Below are positions 1 through 9,398 of a stretch of DNA of 64,000 nucleotides, one piece after another. The notes beneath the pieces were generated by a model, which was not told the origin of the DNA, did no database searches, and saw nothing but the letters and a program-made list of their open reading frames with translations. A program made the translations under genes and the position numbers. The DNA lies in the NCBI GenBank assembly GCA_045568115.1, contig JBJLBO010000005.1, forward strand, positions 319,468 to 383,467, read 5' to 3'. Origin of the DNA: Candidatus Thalassarchaeaceae archaeon (GTDB lineage: Archaea > Thermoplasmatota > Poseidoniia > Poseidoniales > Thalassarchaeaceae). How positions within the stretch are numbered: position 1 is the first letter of the stretch; the number at the start of each line of letters is the position of its first letter.

Positions 1-1
1 T

Positions 2-607
2 CCTCCTCCTGAGTTAGCGCCTAATTGTGCAGAAGCGGGGGTCCTTGGTGTACTACCTGGTATGGTTGGAACTATTCAGGCTACAGAAGCACTGAAAATT
101 ATTCTTGGAGTTGGAGAGGCACTTTCGGGGAAATTGATGATATTAGATGCGATTACAATGAACATGCGCGCTTTATCCTTCGAAGCAGATCCTAATAGAA
201 AGCCTGTCAAAAAAATGTCAAAGGAAAGCATCGAAGCTGTCTGTAAATCACAAACACCGAAAGTTGTAGCCCCGAATAATTCAATGCAAATTACCCCTAA
301 TGAGTTTATTAACAAGAAAACAAATGGTTGGGAGCCTTTCTTACTTGACGTACGCAGACAGAATGAAGAATCAATCGTTTCTCTGCCAAACACAAATCTG
401 AGAATAGAGCACACCTCTGTGCCAAAGCGAAGTTCTGAAATCCCCAAAAATCGAGATATCGTTGTTTATTGCAGAGTAGGGGGTCGATCAGAGGTTGTTG
501 CAAATTGGCTAATTCAGTCTGGTTGGGACCATTCTAGAGTTTGGAACCTTGCAGGTGGAGTCCATTTGTGGGCTGATCAAATTGATTCATCGATACCTAA
601 ATATTAG
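2..607 (+). CDS. MoeB/ThiF-family E1-like adenylyltransferase, C-terminal part fused to a rhodanese domain (MoeZ/MOCS3-like). It is 5'-truncated by the window edge.
   Basis: The frame is open from position 2. The translation PPPELAPNCAEAGVLGVLPGMVGTIQATEALK matches the conserved ThiF/MoeB C-terminal motif. A rhodanese domain follows, with the catalytic Cys in VVYCRVGGRSEVVANWL. The stop codon is at 605-607. Confidence 0.8.
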   Translation, partial: PPPELAPNCAEAGVLGVLPGMVGTIQATEALKIILGVGEALSGKLMILDAITMNMRALSFEADPNRKPVKKMSKESIEAVCKSQTPKVVAPNNSMQITPNEFINKKTNGWEPFLLDVRRQNEESIVSLPNTNLRIEHTSVPKRSSEIPKNRDIVVYCRVGGRSEVVANWLIQSGWDHSRVWNLAGGVHLWADQIDSSIPKY

Positions 608-617
608 TCAGATAATA

Positions 618-727
618 AGTGGTGAAATACCATTCAGTAACTTGTTTAATTGTGGTAAATAATAGTTAAAAATGTTGCTTGAATAAAGTAATAATTTACA
701 AACTTTGATTTATTGTGGTAAAAATAG
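618..727. promoter_or_regulatory. AT-rich promoter region upstream of the E1 gene carrying three copies of GTGGT[A/G]AAAT (620-630, 652-662, 715-725)
   Basis: Direct repeats read from the sequence: gtggtgaaata, gtggtaaataa and gtggtaaaaat, spaced by 32 bp and 63 bp. Confidence 0.3.
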
Positions 728-774
728 CCCTAGTCTACCGATTGTTTGTTGTACTAGTTGCAACACGAGAAGGC

Positions 775-3639
775 ATGGTAGGGCGACGCGGCTTGTGGCT
801 CTGCCCGACTTGCAATAAGCATCAAACTTGGAAATCTAGAGATTCTAGTACGTCACGCCTTGACCGTAAGTGCATCTCTTGTAGTCAAAGAATTCGAGTC
901 ACTCTCGATCGCTCAGGAGCTGGAAGAGGGAGGACCCAACAAGCAAGAGTTTGGGAGAGGAAAGCAAGCACCCCGATGAAAGAATTAGAGCAGGAAGCAA
1001 TCTTGAGAGATAGAGATAAGAATTCAATAAATGTTGAGGGCACCTCATCCGCTAAGAGTCCGACACAACAAGACCTCCCCCCTCTATGGGGTGCCGATTG
1101 GATGCCGACTTCCCCCCTCATATTCTCGCATAAAATAAATTCAAAAGAAGTACGCAAGGAATTAATCCGATTCGTTATTGAAAGACATGATGGTTATGTC
1201 GAAGAAATCACAGAATGTTGGGATTTACTCAATGCATCGAAGTCATTCACAGGAGATACCTACCATGAATTCTGTCAAAATTTCAATAATGAGCTTTCGA
1301 AGAAACTACGAGAGAGAGTTTTCGAACCTGGATTCGCTAACCTCGCAGATGAAGAAATAATACCACGTAGAAGTGGGACAATCTACCTAAATAGGCGCGT
1401 CACGAGGTTATTGCGCGACGTCGCACTCTGTTTGCGTAGAATAGCGTACAAAGCATCAATCACCGTTGAACAACGATTTAATTGGCAAAGATGGATGACT
1501 AGAACACGTGCTCTTGATGAACACCTGAAGGACCTATTCACCAATGGCGTCCCTACCCCTGATGGCAGTCACTTTGGAGGAAAGGGGTTTCGCTCAACAT
1601 GGCAAGAAGGAATTGTTGCATGTGCGACAGGATTAACCAGAGCAATCGACCTTGAAAGTGAAAAAACTGAGATGGCCGATGTCGTCGCCCCAATGATTCG
1701 AGATGTTGGACTTGCATTAGCCATGGGGCAAACTCCTCTTGAAATTTTTAATGCACAAGTAGGCAAGTCAGCATCAAATATGGATGGTGGGCAGAATGAT
1801 GCAGGAGGAAGAGACCTACATGTTGGGAATTGGGAAAAAAGAGTATTACCACCAACTGCCCCATTACCCATTGCTAGCGCTACCGCTACAGGAATCGCTC
1901 TCGCTGCTCAAAGGCTCTCAATACCTCGATTTCATTTGGCTCCTGTAGGAGAAGGATGTAGTAGCAGTGGTGAATTTTGGGAAGCAATGAATCTTGCAGG
2001 CGCTCGTGGTTTACCCATTGCATTCATGATACAGAACAATCAAATCGCACTTGATACATTTACAGTAAGTCAATCCGGAGCAGAAACATTTGGAGACAAA
2101 GGTTACTCGATGGGGATTCCATCTTGGACTATTGATGGGTCTGACCCGGCTGAATTTCACGCCTCTACTTGCGCTGCCCGTGAATACGCCTTAGATGGAG
2201 GAGGTCCTACTTTGATTCATGTTGAAACCATGCGTGGTTGTGGGCACGCACACCACCATGACGACCTATATCTTGGAGCAATTAGTAGGAATCCTCCAGG
2301 TTATGTTGACCGCGAATTGCTTGCATATTGGGCGGAAAAAGACCCTGTTCCAAATCATCGAGATTTACTGATTCGATTGGGAATTAGTACATCAAGAATT
2401 GCAAAAATGGAAAATGAAGAACAATCTCTTGTTGATTCTGCAAGAAAAGAAATGGAGATGACTCCTTGGCCTGAAGGGAACACGGTAACCGTCGGAGTGA
2501 CTTCAATTCATGATGCTAGCACGCATTCAGAACAATTCGATAGATTTGGAGAAAATACTCAAAGTGGTCAATCACCACTAGAAAATGGAGAGACGTCTAT
2601 TGAATTCTCTAATGCCACAAATGCATGGACCTTCAGCAAAGCCATCCAAAACGGAATGGTAGCTCTCGCAGAAAAATATGGAAAATCAATTGTTTTCATG
2701 GGAGAGGACATGGAAATTGCTGGAGCCTTTGGTATGAATCTCCCCCTGAAGGCTAGAGGGCATTCAGATCGACTGCTAGATATGCCGCTTTCAGAAGCAG
2801 CAATCATCCACTCAGCCACAGGTGCTGCTCTTGGAGGAATGCGGCCGGTTGCAGAGATTCAATTCGGGGGATTCGCGGCACTAGCAATGAATCCTCTAAT
2901 CAATAACGCGGCTCAATTGAGATGGAGATGGGGAGCTGATGTACCACTAACGATCAGAATTCCTTTGGGTGCAAAAACAAGAAGTGGCCCATTCCATGCG
3001 AACATGATAGAATCGTGGTTTACTAATGACCCCGGTTTAGTCATTGTATTCCCAAGTACACCTCAAGATGCTTATGACCTACTGGTTGAGTCTCATGCAT
3101 TGGAAGACCCTGTTGTCTTCTTGGAACACATTGGCCTCTATGGCCTTAGAGGAGGTTTGACGGGATGGGGGCAATCAATCAATCAAGTTGTAGATACAAA
3201 AGCAGTTCATGGACGACTCGCAAGGGGTGAGAACAGTATTGGCAAAGCCCGAGTTGTAAGAGGCGGTAATGATGCAACTATAGTCACCTGGGGTGCCATG
3301 GTCCACGTCGCTTTAGAGGCTGCAAAAGAGGCCTCAAAGAAGGGGATAGAGGCCGAAATCATTGATCTACGCACAATTATGCCATTCGATGCACAAACCT
3401 GTATTGACTCTGTACGAAGAACTGGGCGACTAGTAGTTCTGCAAGAAGCACAATACACAGGAGGATTTGGTCACACCATTAACAGTCGAATTTTGGAAGA
3501 AGCTTTTTGGAATCTTGAAGCAACTCCGGTTGTCATTGGGGCACTAGATACACCGGTTCCATTCTCTCCTCCATTAGAGGACCATACTATTCCAACCGCA
3601 GAATTGGTTCTGCGACATTTACTAAGGATGTGTGAATGA
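775..3639 (+). CDS. 2-oxoacid dehydrogenase E1 component with fused alpha (TPP-binding) and beta (transketolase-like) subunits. An N-terminal extension includes a CxxC...CxxC zinc-ribbon-like segment. The start is uncertain: GTG at 715, ATG at 775 or ATG at 976.
   Basis: E1-alpha motifs: STWQEGIVACATGL (GQEA-like), MIRDVGLALAMG (YRDHG-like), GGRDLHVG, ASATATGIALAAQ and FGDKGYSMGIPSWTIDGSDP. E1-beta follows: AIQNGMVALAEKYGKSIVFMGED, PLSEAAIIHSATGAALGGMRPVAEIQFGGF and an alpha/beta C-terminal domain. The frame is open from 715 with no stop. Residues encoded by 775-975 contain CPTCNKHQTW...CISCSQRI. Confidence 0.75.
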   Translation: MVGRRGLWLCPTCNKHQTWKSRDSSTSRLDRKCISCSQRIRVTLDRSGAGRGRTQQARVWERKASTPMKELEQEAILRDRDKNSINVEGTSSAKSPTQQDLPPLWGADWMPTSPLIFSHKINSKEVRKELIRFVIERHDGYVEEITECWDLLNASKSFTGDTYHEFCQNFNNELSKKLRERVFEPGFANLADEEIIPRRSGTIYLNRRVTRLLRDVALCLRRIAYKASITVEQRFNWQRWMTRTRALDEHLKDLFTNGVPTPDGSHFGGKGFRSTWQEGIVACATGLTRAIDLESEKTEMADVVAPMIRDVGLALAMGQTPLEIFNAQVGKSASNMDGGQNDAGGRDLHVGNWEKRVLPPTAPLPIASATATGIALAAQRLSIPRFHLAPVGEGCSSSGEFWEAMNLAGARGLPIAFMIQNNQIALDTFTVSQSGAETFGDKGYSMGIPSWTIDGSDPAEFHASTCAAREYALDGGGPTLIHVETMRGCGHAHHHDDLYLGAISRNPPGYVDRELLAYWAEKDPVPNHRDLLIRLGISTSRIAKMENEEQSLVDSARKEMEMTPWPEGNTVTVGVTSIHDASTHSEQFDRFGENTQSGQSPLENGETSIEFSNATNAWTFSKAIQNGMVALAEKYGKSIVFMGEDMEIAGAFGMNLPLKARGHSDRLLDMPLSEAAIIHSATGAALGGMRPVAEIQFGGFAALAMNPLINNAAQLRWRWGADVPLTIRIPLGAKTRSGPFHANMIESWFTNDPGLVIVFPSTPQDAYDLLVESHALEDPVVFLEHIGLYGLRGGLTGWGQSINQVVDTKAVHGRLARGENSIGKARVVRGGNDATIVTWGAMVHVALEAAKEASKKGIEAEIIDLRTIMPFDAQTCIDSVRRTGRLVVLQEAQYTGGFGHTINSRILEEAFWNLEATPVVIGALDTPVPFSPPLEDHTIPTAELVLRHLLRMCE

Positions 3640-3694
3640 TTAAGGGTATTAACTCAAACATGATTAGTGGGCGCGAACAAATAGAGAGGGAACA

Positions 3695-4645
3695 GTGATG
3701 CTCGACTCAGACCCAATACTTGTGATTCTTGGATTCATCCTACTGATGGCAGGTGGCGAAGGAGTTGTTCAAGGTGCAGTAAGAATTGCAGATAGGATGA
3801 ATGTACCTCCCCTCTTAGTTGGATTCACAATAGTTGCAATCGGGACTTCTTTACCTGAACTAGCAGTTGCTATAGAAGCGATAGGACAGGATAAACCAGA
3901 GATTGCTGTTGGAGGCGTTTTAGGATCAAATGTTGCGAATGTAATGCTAGTTCTAGGAACAGCATGTATGCTTGGGTCAGGAGAAGATGCAGGGGCAGGG
4001 CTACGACGTGATGCAATAGCAGTAATTACGGCAACTGTGATTCTCTTTGCTTTCGTGAGTATGGAAGAAATTCCTTATGAAGGTGGCTTGGGTATGCTTT
4101 TACTTCTTGTTGGGTATTACACTTACTCATACCTCTATTCAAAAGGCAAAGAGGAAGATACAGAAGTCGAGGATAATTGGTTGCCTGACAATATCATGCT
4201 AGCAATTGTAGCGACCGTAGCTGGAGGTGTGATGATTTGGCAGGGTGCTGTTCTAATGCTAGAAGGTGCCACTGGATTGGCCACATCATATGGAATCCCT
4301 GATTCGATAATTGGGCTTTCTATTGTTGCACTTGGAACTTCACTCCCTGAATTAGCAGTGACACTAATTGCTGCTCTTCGTAACCAAGGAGGTGTGGCTA
4401 TCGGGAATGTGCTTGGGTCAAATGTCATGAATATTCTTGGAATTCTAGGTACTGCTTCAGTAATAGGTGGCGGGCTTGAAATCTCATCAGACTTCGCTGG
4501 AAGAGATATCTGGGTTGTCATTTTGACATCGGGACTAGTTGCCGCGATGTTGCTAGATGATCGCGAGATTGGACCACGAGTCGGTGCCACTATGGTTGTA
4601 GGATACATTGCATACATGGCATTTCTTTTCTTCACAGTACCCTGA
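3695..4645 (+). CDS. CaCA-family Na+/Ca2+ (cation/Ca2+) exchanger
   Basis: Two alpha-repeat signatures (GGVLGSNVANVMLVLG and GNVLGSNVMNILGILG) sit in a protein of about 10 transmembrane segments. The start is GTG at 3695 or ATG at 3698. Confidence 0.8.
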   Translation: MMLDSDPILVILGFILLMAGGEGVVQGAVRIADRMNVPPLLVGFTIVAIGTSLPELAVAIEAIGQDKPEIAVGGVLGSNVANVMLVLGTACMLGSGEDAGAGLRRDAIAVITATVILFAFVSMEEIPYEGGLGMLLLLVGYYTYSYLYSKGKEEDTEVEDNWLPDNIMLAIVATVAGGVMIWQGAVLMLEGATGLATSYGIPDSIIGLSIVALGTSLPELAVTLIAALRNQGGVAIGNVLGSNVMNILGILGTASVIGGGLEISSDFAGRDIWVVILTSGLVAAMLLDDREIGPRVGATMVVGYIAYMAFLFFTVP

Positions 4646-4687
4646 TTTGGGGCGAACGGCTAAGGCTGAAAGGCTAGTGGCGACTTC

Positions 4688-5836
4688 ATGGCTGACTTCC
4701 GGTTGTCTGAGGAACAGGAGATGCTGCGCGAATTGGCGCATGAATTCTCTAGAGATTCAGTAAGACCACATGCAGAACACTGGGACACTAACAATGAGTT
4801 CCCTCTAGACGCGATTTCTGAGGCTCATTCACTCGGACTAACTAACCTCCACATCCCCTCGGAATTTGGAGGAATGGGAATGGGTATTTCTGACGAAGTT
4901 TTGGTGTCGGAAGAATTTGCTTGGGGCGATCCTGGTTTCAGTACCGCCGCATACTCAAATGGACTGACGGCAGGACCTATCATTACTGGAGGTACTGAAG
5001 AACAGAAGACAGAGTACCTTGGACGTCTTGTGAAAGAACCAAAAATCGCATCTTACTGTGTCACTGAACCCGGAGCGGGAAGTGATGTTGCAAGTATTGA
5101 AACTACAGCTTTAAGGGATGGAGATCACTACATACTCAACGGGCAGAAAATGTGGATTACTGGTGCTGGGTATGCAGATTGGTTCTTCGTTCTAGCATAT
5201 ACTGACAAAACGGCTGGATACAAAGGAATGAGTGCATTTATTGTTGAATCGTCTTGGGATGGAGTGAGTCTTGGGAAGAAAGAGACGAACATGGGTCAAA
5301 GAGCCTCTGACACTAGAGGTGTAATCTTCGATAACGTTCATGTTCCTGTTGAAAATCTAGTTGGGGAAAAGGAGGGCATGGGATGGTTCAACGCCATGAA
5401 AGCATTCGATCTGTCTCGTCCTAACGTTGCAGCACAAGCAGTTGGAACCGCACGTGCGGCATATGAATACGCCTTGCAGTACGCCGATGAACGCAAGACA
5501 TTCGGGAAAAAGTTACATCAACATCAGGCGATTCAATTCATGCTAGCAGATATGAAGACAAAAATTGAGGCTAGCCGGCTTTTGACTTGGCGAACCGCTT
5601 GGGAAGCAGATAATGGCATTCGAAATACTGAAAGTGCAGCTCATGCCAAGCGATTCGCTGCGGATTCCAGCATGGAAGTCACTACAGATGCTGTACAGAT
5701 ATTCGGTGGTTATGGTTACTCCGAAGAATACCCTGTTGCTCGATTAATGCGTGCTGCTAAGGTTCTGCAAATCTATGAAGGAAGTAGCCAAATTCAACGT
5801 ATGATTATTGGAAGAGAGATGATTAATGACCTCTAA
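4688..5836 (+). CDS. acyl-CoA dehydrogenase
   Basis: It shows ACAD N-terminal, middle and C-terminal domain motifs (YCVTEPGAGSDVAS, QKMWITGAGYADWFFV, IFGGYGYSEEYPVARLMRAAKVLQIYEGSSQIQR) and is 382 aa long. Confidence 0.85.
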   Translation: MADFRLSEEQEMLRELAHEFSRDSVRPHAEHWDTNNEFPLDAISEAHSLGLTNLHIPSEFGGMGMGISDEVLVSEEFAWGDPGFSTAAYSNGLTAGPIITGGTEEQKTEYLGRLVKEPKIASYCVTEPGAGSDVASIETTALRDGDHYILNGQKMWITGAGYADWFFVLAYTDKTAGYKGMSAFIVESSWDGVSLGKKETNMGQRASDTRGVIFDNVHVPVENLVGEKEGMGWFNAMKAFDLSRPNVAAQAVGTARAAYEYALQYADERKTFGKKLHQHQAIQFMLADMKTKIEASRLLTWRTAWEADNGIRNTESAAHAKRFAADSSMEVTTDAVQIFGGYGYSEEYPVARLMRAAKVLQIYEGSSQIQRMIIGREMINDL

Positions 5837-5894
5837 AATGAATGTTGAATCATTTAGTCCGAATACTCAAACATTACCATCCAGTCGATGACAC

Positions 5895-7901
5895 ATGGGC
5901 GAGCGACGGGCGATGTTTGCATCATTGGCTCTAATGATGCTGTTAGCACCATTGGTTTCGTCTTCAATTTCAATCGAATCAACCATTAGAGGAGGACTAG
6001 ATACCAATGGTGATTGGACTTCGAGTGTTGAATCTGAAATTCATTGGAATTGGTGGACACACTGGAGCAGAGATAAGAACTCAAACTCTATTGACGATAG
6101 ATTGGAATGGTTAATTGATCAACCAGAGGAAAAACAGAGAGATTGGTGGCGGAGAGCTCCAGAAGGACATGCGAGAATTTTTGTCGATTATGACCATCAT
6201 CCCACTGATGCTGACATTTCGGCTCTTGAGAGACTAGGGGTCGAAGTTTCATTCCGCTTCAAATATCTAGATACAGTCTCAGCAACAGCTCCACTGACCT
6301 CAATAATTGACCCTGAAGGGATTCGATTACTTGCTGGCGTTGTCATGATTGAAGACCTAGGTCTCGCCGAGCCAAATATGCATGAAGCAGTGCCAAATAT
6401 GGGAGTAAATATGGTCTGGGAAGACCTAGGGCTTGATGGCACAGGTTCGGTTATAGCGGTGTTAGATACTGGAGTACGAGGAGATCACGAAGGACTCAAT
6501 GACATGGATGATGACCCTTTCACCTGTATTGATGACCCGCCTGACCCTCTAGACCCTAACCCTGAACCATTACCCGCCGATTGTGATCCAAAGATTATCG
6601 CGTTCTTCGATGCTGTAATTACTGACGAGGAACACGACCCTGCAGAATCCTATGATTCTGGAACTCATGGTAGTCATGTAGCTGGAATAGCCGCAGGAAG
6701 TGGAGGTGGCCAGACTGATCCATCAACCGACCTGAGATATGTTGGAGCAGCACCTGGTGCTTGGTTAATCAATATCCTCGCTTGTTGTGATGGCGACATT
6801 GAGGACATAATGCAAGGTGCTCAGTGGGCGATAGAAAATAAGGAAAAGTATGGAATCGATATTTTGACCTCATCGCTTGGTGAGCAGCAGTTCGAAATTC
6901 ATATCGACAATGACGGGAACTCTGCTTGGAGTAGACAAATGGACATGGTCGTCGAATCTGGAATCATCACTACACTTTCAGCAGGCAACGAATTTGGGGG
7001 AGCAACCTTCGCAGGTTGTAATACCATAGATAGCCCTGGAGACGCTGCTTTACCCGTGACTGTAGGGAGTCTTGATAAAGACCTAGGACTCGCAATTTAC
7101 AGCAGCCGAGGATATACATCTGACATGCGAGTAAAACCTGATGTCGCCACTATAGGATCCAGTATTATGGCGCCCGATGCAGCAACCAATGATGGATACA
7201 CAAGCAAGTCAGGGACCAGTATGGCTACTCCTCTAATGGCAGGAATTGCCGCTCTAATGGTTCAGGCAAACCCTGACTTGACTCCGACTGAATTCAAGGA
7301 CATAATTAGTGCATATTCAATTGAGAGAGAGTTAGTATTACTAGGTGATCCAGGGTTCAATGATTGCAGTATACTTGAAACTCGTCCTGACAACGAATTT
7401 GGATATGGCCAAGCAGATCCTATTGCTTTTGTAGAGGCCGCAGGTAGTATTGATCGTTCTCTCAACGTATCCATGGAAATCGAGACTCTGGAAGAAATTG
7501 GGAACGGAAGTGAGATTTTCGGCGAGGCCGTTGGAGCTCCTTCAGAATCTTCCAATGTCAGAGTTGAGGTTCGTGTTGGAGGTGGAAACTGGAAAGACGC
7601 ACAGGACAATTCAATGAATGGAGACTGGTCCATATGGAGTATCCAATTGGACCCACACAACGAGTCAGGAAACTCCACAATTTTCGCTAGGCTGTTTGTC
7701 GATGAAGAACACATCTCTCCGATAGATGCTAGAAGGGTGATTCTAATTGACGAAATGGCTGAATCTAGAGGAGAAGGAGATGGTGATCGTACAATCCTAT
7801 TTGCAATAGGTTTGGTTCTAATTATTACAATACCCTTAGTTGGTATCGGCCTTTACATTAGGAGCGACTCGTTCAGGAGTAGTTCGGACGATGTTGATTA
7901 A
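5895..7901 (+). CDS. Subtilisin-like (S8) serine protease, secreted and membrane-anchored by a C-terminal TM helix
   Basis: There is an N-terminal signal peptide (MFASLALMMLLAPLVSS). The catalytic triad lies in AVLDTGV, HGSHVAGIAAG and GTSMATPLMAG. A C-terminal hydrophobic helix (LFAIGLVLIITIPLVGIGLYI) is followed by a short charged tail. Confidence 0.8.
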   Translation: MGERRAMFASLALMMLLAPLVSSSISIESTIRGGLDTNGDWTSSVESEIHWNWWTHWSRDKNSNSIDDRLEWLIDQPEEKQRDWWRRAPEGHARIFVDYDHHPTDADISALERLGVEVSFRFKYLDTVSATAPLTSIIDPEGIRLLAGVVMIEDLGLAEPNMHEAVPNMGVNMVWEDLGLDGTGSVIAVLDTGVRGDHEGLNDMDDDPFTCIDDPPDPLDPNPEPLPADCDPKIIAFFDAVITDEEHDPAESYDSGTHGSHVAGIAAGSGGGQTDPSTDLRYVGAAPGAWLINILACCDGDIEDIMQGAQWAIENKEKYGIDILTSSLGEQQFEIHIDNDGNSAWSRQMDMVVESGIITTLSAGNEFGGATFAGCNTIDSPGDAALPVTVGSLDKDLGLAIYSSRGYTSDMRVKPDVATIGSSIMAPDAATNDGYTSKSGTSMATPLMAGIAALMVQANPDLTPTEFKDIISAYSIERELVLLGDPGFNDCSILETRPDNEFGYGQADPIAFVEAAGSIDRSLNVSMEIETLEEIGNGSEIFGEAVGAPSESSNVRVEVRVGGGNWKDAQDNSMNGDWSIWSIQLDPHNESGNSTIFARLFVDEEHISPIDARRVILIDEMAESRGEGDGDRTILFAIGLVLIITIPLVGIGLYIRSDSFRSSSDDVD

Positions 7902-8406
7902 CAAATCAGTAATTCTAGCTGCCGGAGCTAGTGAACGGCTAGGTGTCCCTAAAGCCTTAATCCAGGCTGGGGGTATGACGCTAATCGAAAGAGTAGCCCT
8001 AATGCTCAATGAAGTAGGACTCTCCGTGAATATAGTTACAAGATTATCATTGGTTGACTCAATCAGAGAATTAATCCCATATGCGAAAATAATTGTTAAT
8101 CCTAATCCAGAGTATGGGAGAACCGGTAGTCTCCAATGCGCATTAGGAATAATTGGAGATGGGCCACTAATTATGGCGCCTGTAGACCGACCCGGTTTCA
8201 GTAAATCTACATTAGAATTACTCTGTCAAAAAGATGAGACTGCCTGTCCAATTAGAAAAGATCGAGGAGGACATCCTATAGCAATAAGTTCCAAAGACAT
8301 AGGTGCAATTCTAAGAGCCGAACCAGACACACCTCTACGTGACATAATAACTCCAAGAAGAATAGAAGTAGAGGACCCTCATCTTACACCTCAACGTAGA
8401 CACTAG
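7891..8406 (+). CDS. MocA/MobA-like molybdenum cofactor nucleotidyltransferase (likely MCD cytidylyltransferase). An alternative upstream start lies at 7840.
   Basis: It carries the N-terminal nucleotidyltransferase motif SVILAAGASERLGVPKALIQAGGMTL and is about 170-188 aa, as in MocA. It sits next to xdhC and the coxSLM genes. Confidence 0.65.
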   Translation: MLINKSVILAAGASERLGVPKALIQAGGMTLIERVALMLNEVGLSVNIVTRLSLVDSIRELIPYAKIIVNPNPEYGRTGSLQCALGIIGDGPLIMAPVDRPGFSKSTLELLCQKDETACPIRKDRGGHPIAISSKDIGAILRAEPDTPLRDIITPRRIEVEDPHLTPQRRH

Positions 8407-8468
8407 AGGAGGATGTTAGAACTTCTCCTCAGAGGTGGTCAGTGACCTCGACAATCAGTGACTGAAGA

Positions 8469-9302
8469 TTAGCCAAAGGCCACATCTAGAACCATCATTA
8501 CTGCAAAACCAATCATTACCCCCATAGTAGCAATATCTCCGTTACCCCCCCGGTGTGCTTCTGGGATCAATTCTTCAACCACAACAAAAATCATTGCACC
8601 GGCAGCAAATGATAGAGCATAGGGTAGAATTGGAGTTGCTATAATTACCAAGGCCGCTCCCAAGACGGCAGCAACTGGTTCAACAGTAGCTGAAAGTTGA
8701 CCCCAAAGGAAACTGTCTCTACGAGATAGCCCCTCTCTACGAAGAGGTAGAGATACAGCGGCACCTTCCGGGAAATTCTGAATTCCAATTCCAATTGCTA
8801 GCGCAACCGCAGCACCCAATGTTGCCCCTTCAAAACCAGATGCAGCAGCGCCAAAAGCAACTCCAATAGCCAAACCTTCTGGAATATTGTGCAAAGTGAT
8901 TGCAGATACAAGAAGCATACTCCTCCGCCAAGTGTTTTCAATTCCTTCAGCCTCTTCAGGAGGTGCACCAGGATGCAAATGAGGCAGAAACATATCGATT
9001 AGCCTCATACATACACCTCCAAGCAAGAATCCAACCAAAGCAGGGAACCAAACTGGCAAATCTTTCCCTTCGGACATCTCCAGAGCAGGAGAAAGCAATG
9101 ACCAAAAACTCGCTGCAATCATTACTCCAGCTGCAAAACCTAGCATTGCATCGAGAACTTTTCTATCTAATTCCTTGAAGAAAATCACCAGAGCTGCGCC
9201 GGCCGCTGTCATGAACCAAGTAAAGAGCCCAGCAAGTAGTGCCTGTTGCACTGGGCCAAAGCCCTCGAAGAGTCCCACGACATCCATACAAACAAACGGC
9301 AA
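8469..9302 (-). CDS. zupT: ZIP-family divalent metal (Zn2+) transporter
   Basis: It has the ZIP signature [13 protein letters not shown] and eight predicted TM helices in 277 aa. Confidence 0.8.
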   Translation of the reverse strand: MPFVCMDVVGLFEGFGPVQQALLAGLFTWFMTAAGAALVIFFKELDRKVLDAMLGFAAGVMIAASFWSLLSPALEMSEGKDLPVWFPALVGFLLGGVCMRLIDMFLPHLHPGAPPEEAEGIENTWRRSMLLVSAITLHNIPEGLAIGVAFGAAASGFEGATLGAAVALAIGIGIQNFPEGAAVSLPLRREGLSRRDSFLWGQLSATVEPVAAVLGAALVIIATPILPYALSFAAGAMIFVVVEELIPEAHRGGNGDIATMGVMIGFAVMMVLDVAFG

Positions 9303-9319
9303 ATGGGCGCCTCTATCAA

Positions 9320-9337
9320 AGTTAGCCTAGGCTAACT
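9320..9337. promoter_or_regulatory. Perfect 18-bp palindrome AGTTAGCCTAGGCTAACT in the divergent intergenic region between zupT and xdhC. It is a candidate operator.
   Basis: Read directly from the sequence: the reverse complement is identical to the forward strand. It lies 18 bp from the zupT start and about 60 bp from the xdhC start. Confidence 0.4.
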
Positions 9338-9398
9338 CTCGGCCTTAATCGAAATGTTTTGAGGCCATACTCCAAAACTAGAACACATATCGCACTCC

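Noticed and set aside
715-975. Separate small zinc-ribbon gene upstream of the E1 gene
   Set aside because: There is no in-frame stop between the zinc-ribbon codons and the E1 domain, so it is reported as an N-terminal extension of one CDS. The possibility of a lost stop or frameshift is left open in the findings.
4135-4635. 166-aa minus-strand ORF inside the Na+/Ca2+ exchanger gene
   Set aside because: It is antisense to a well-supported CaCA transporter gene and has no motifs.
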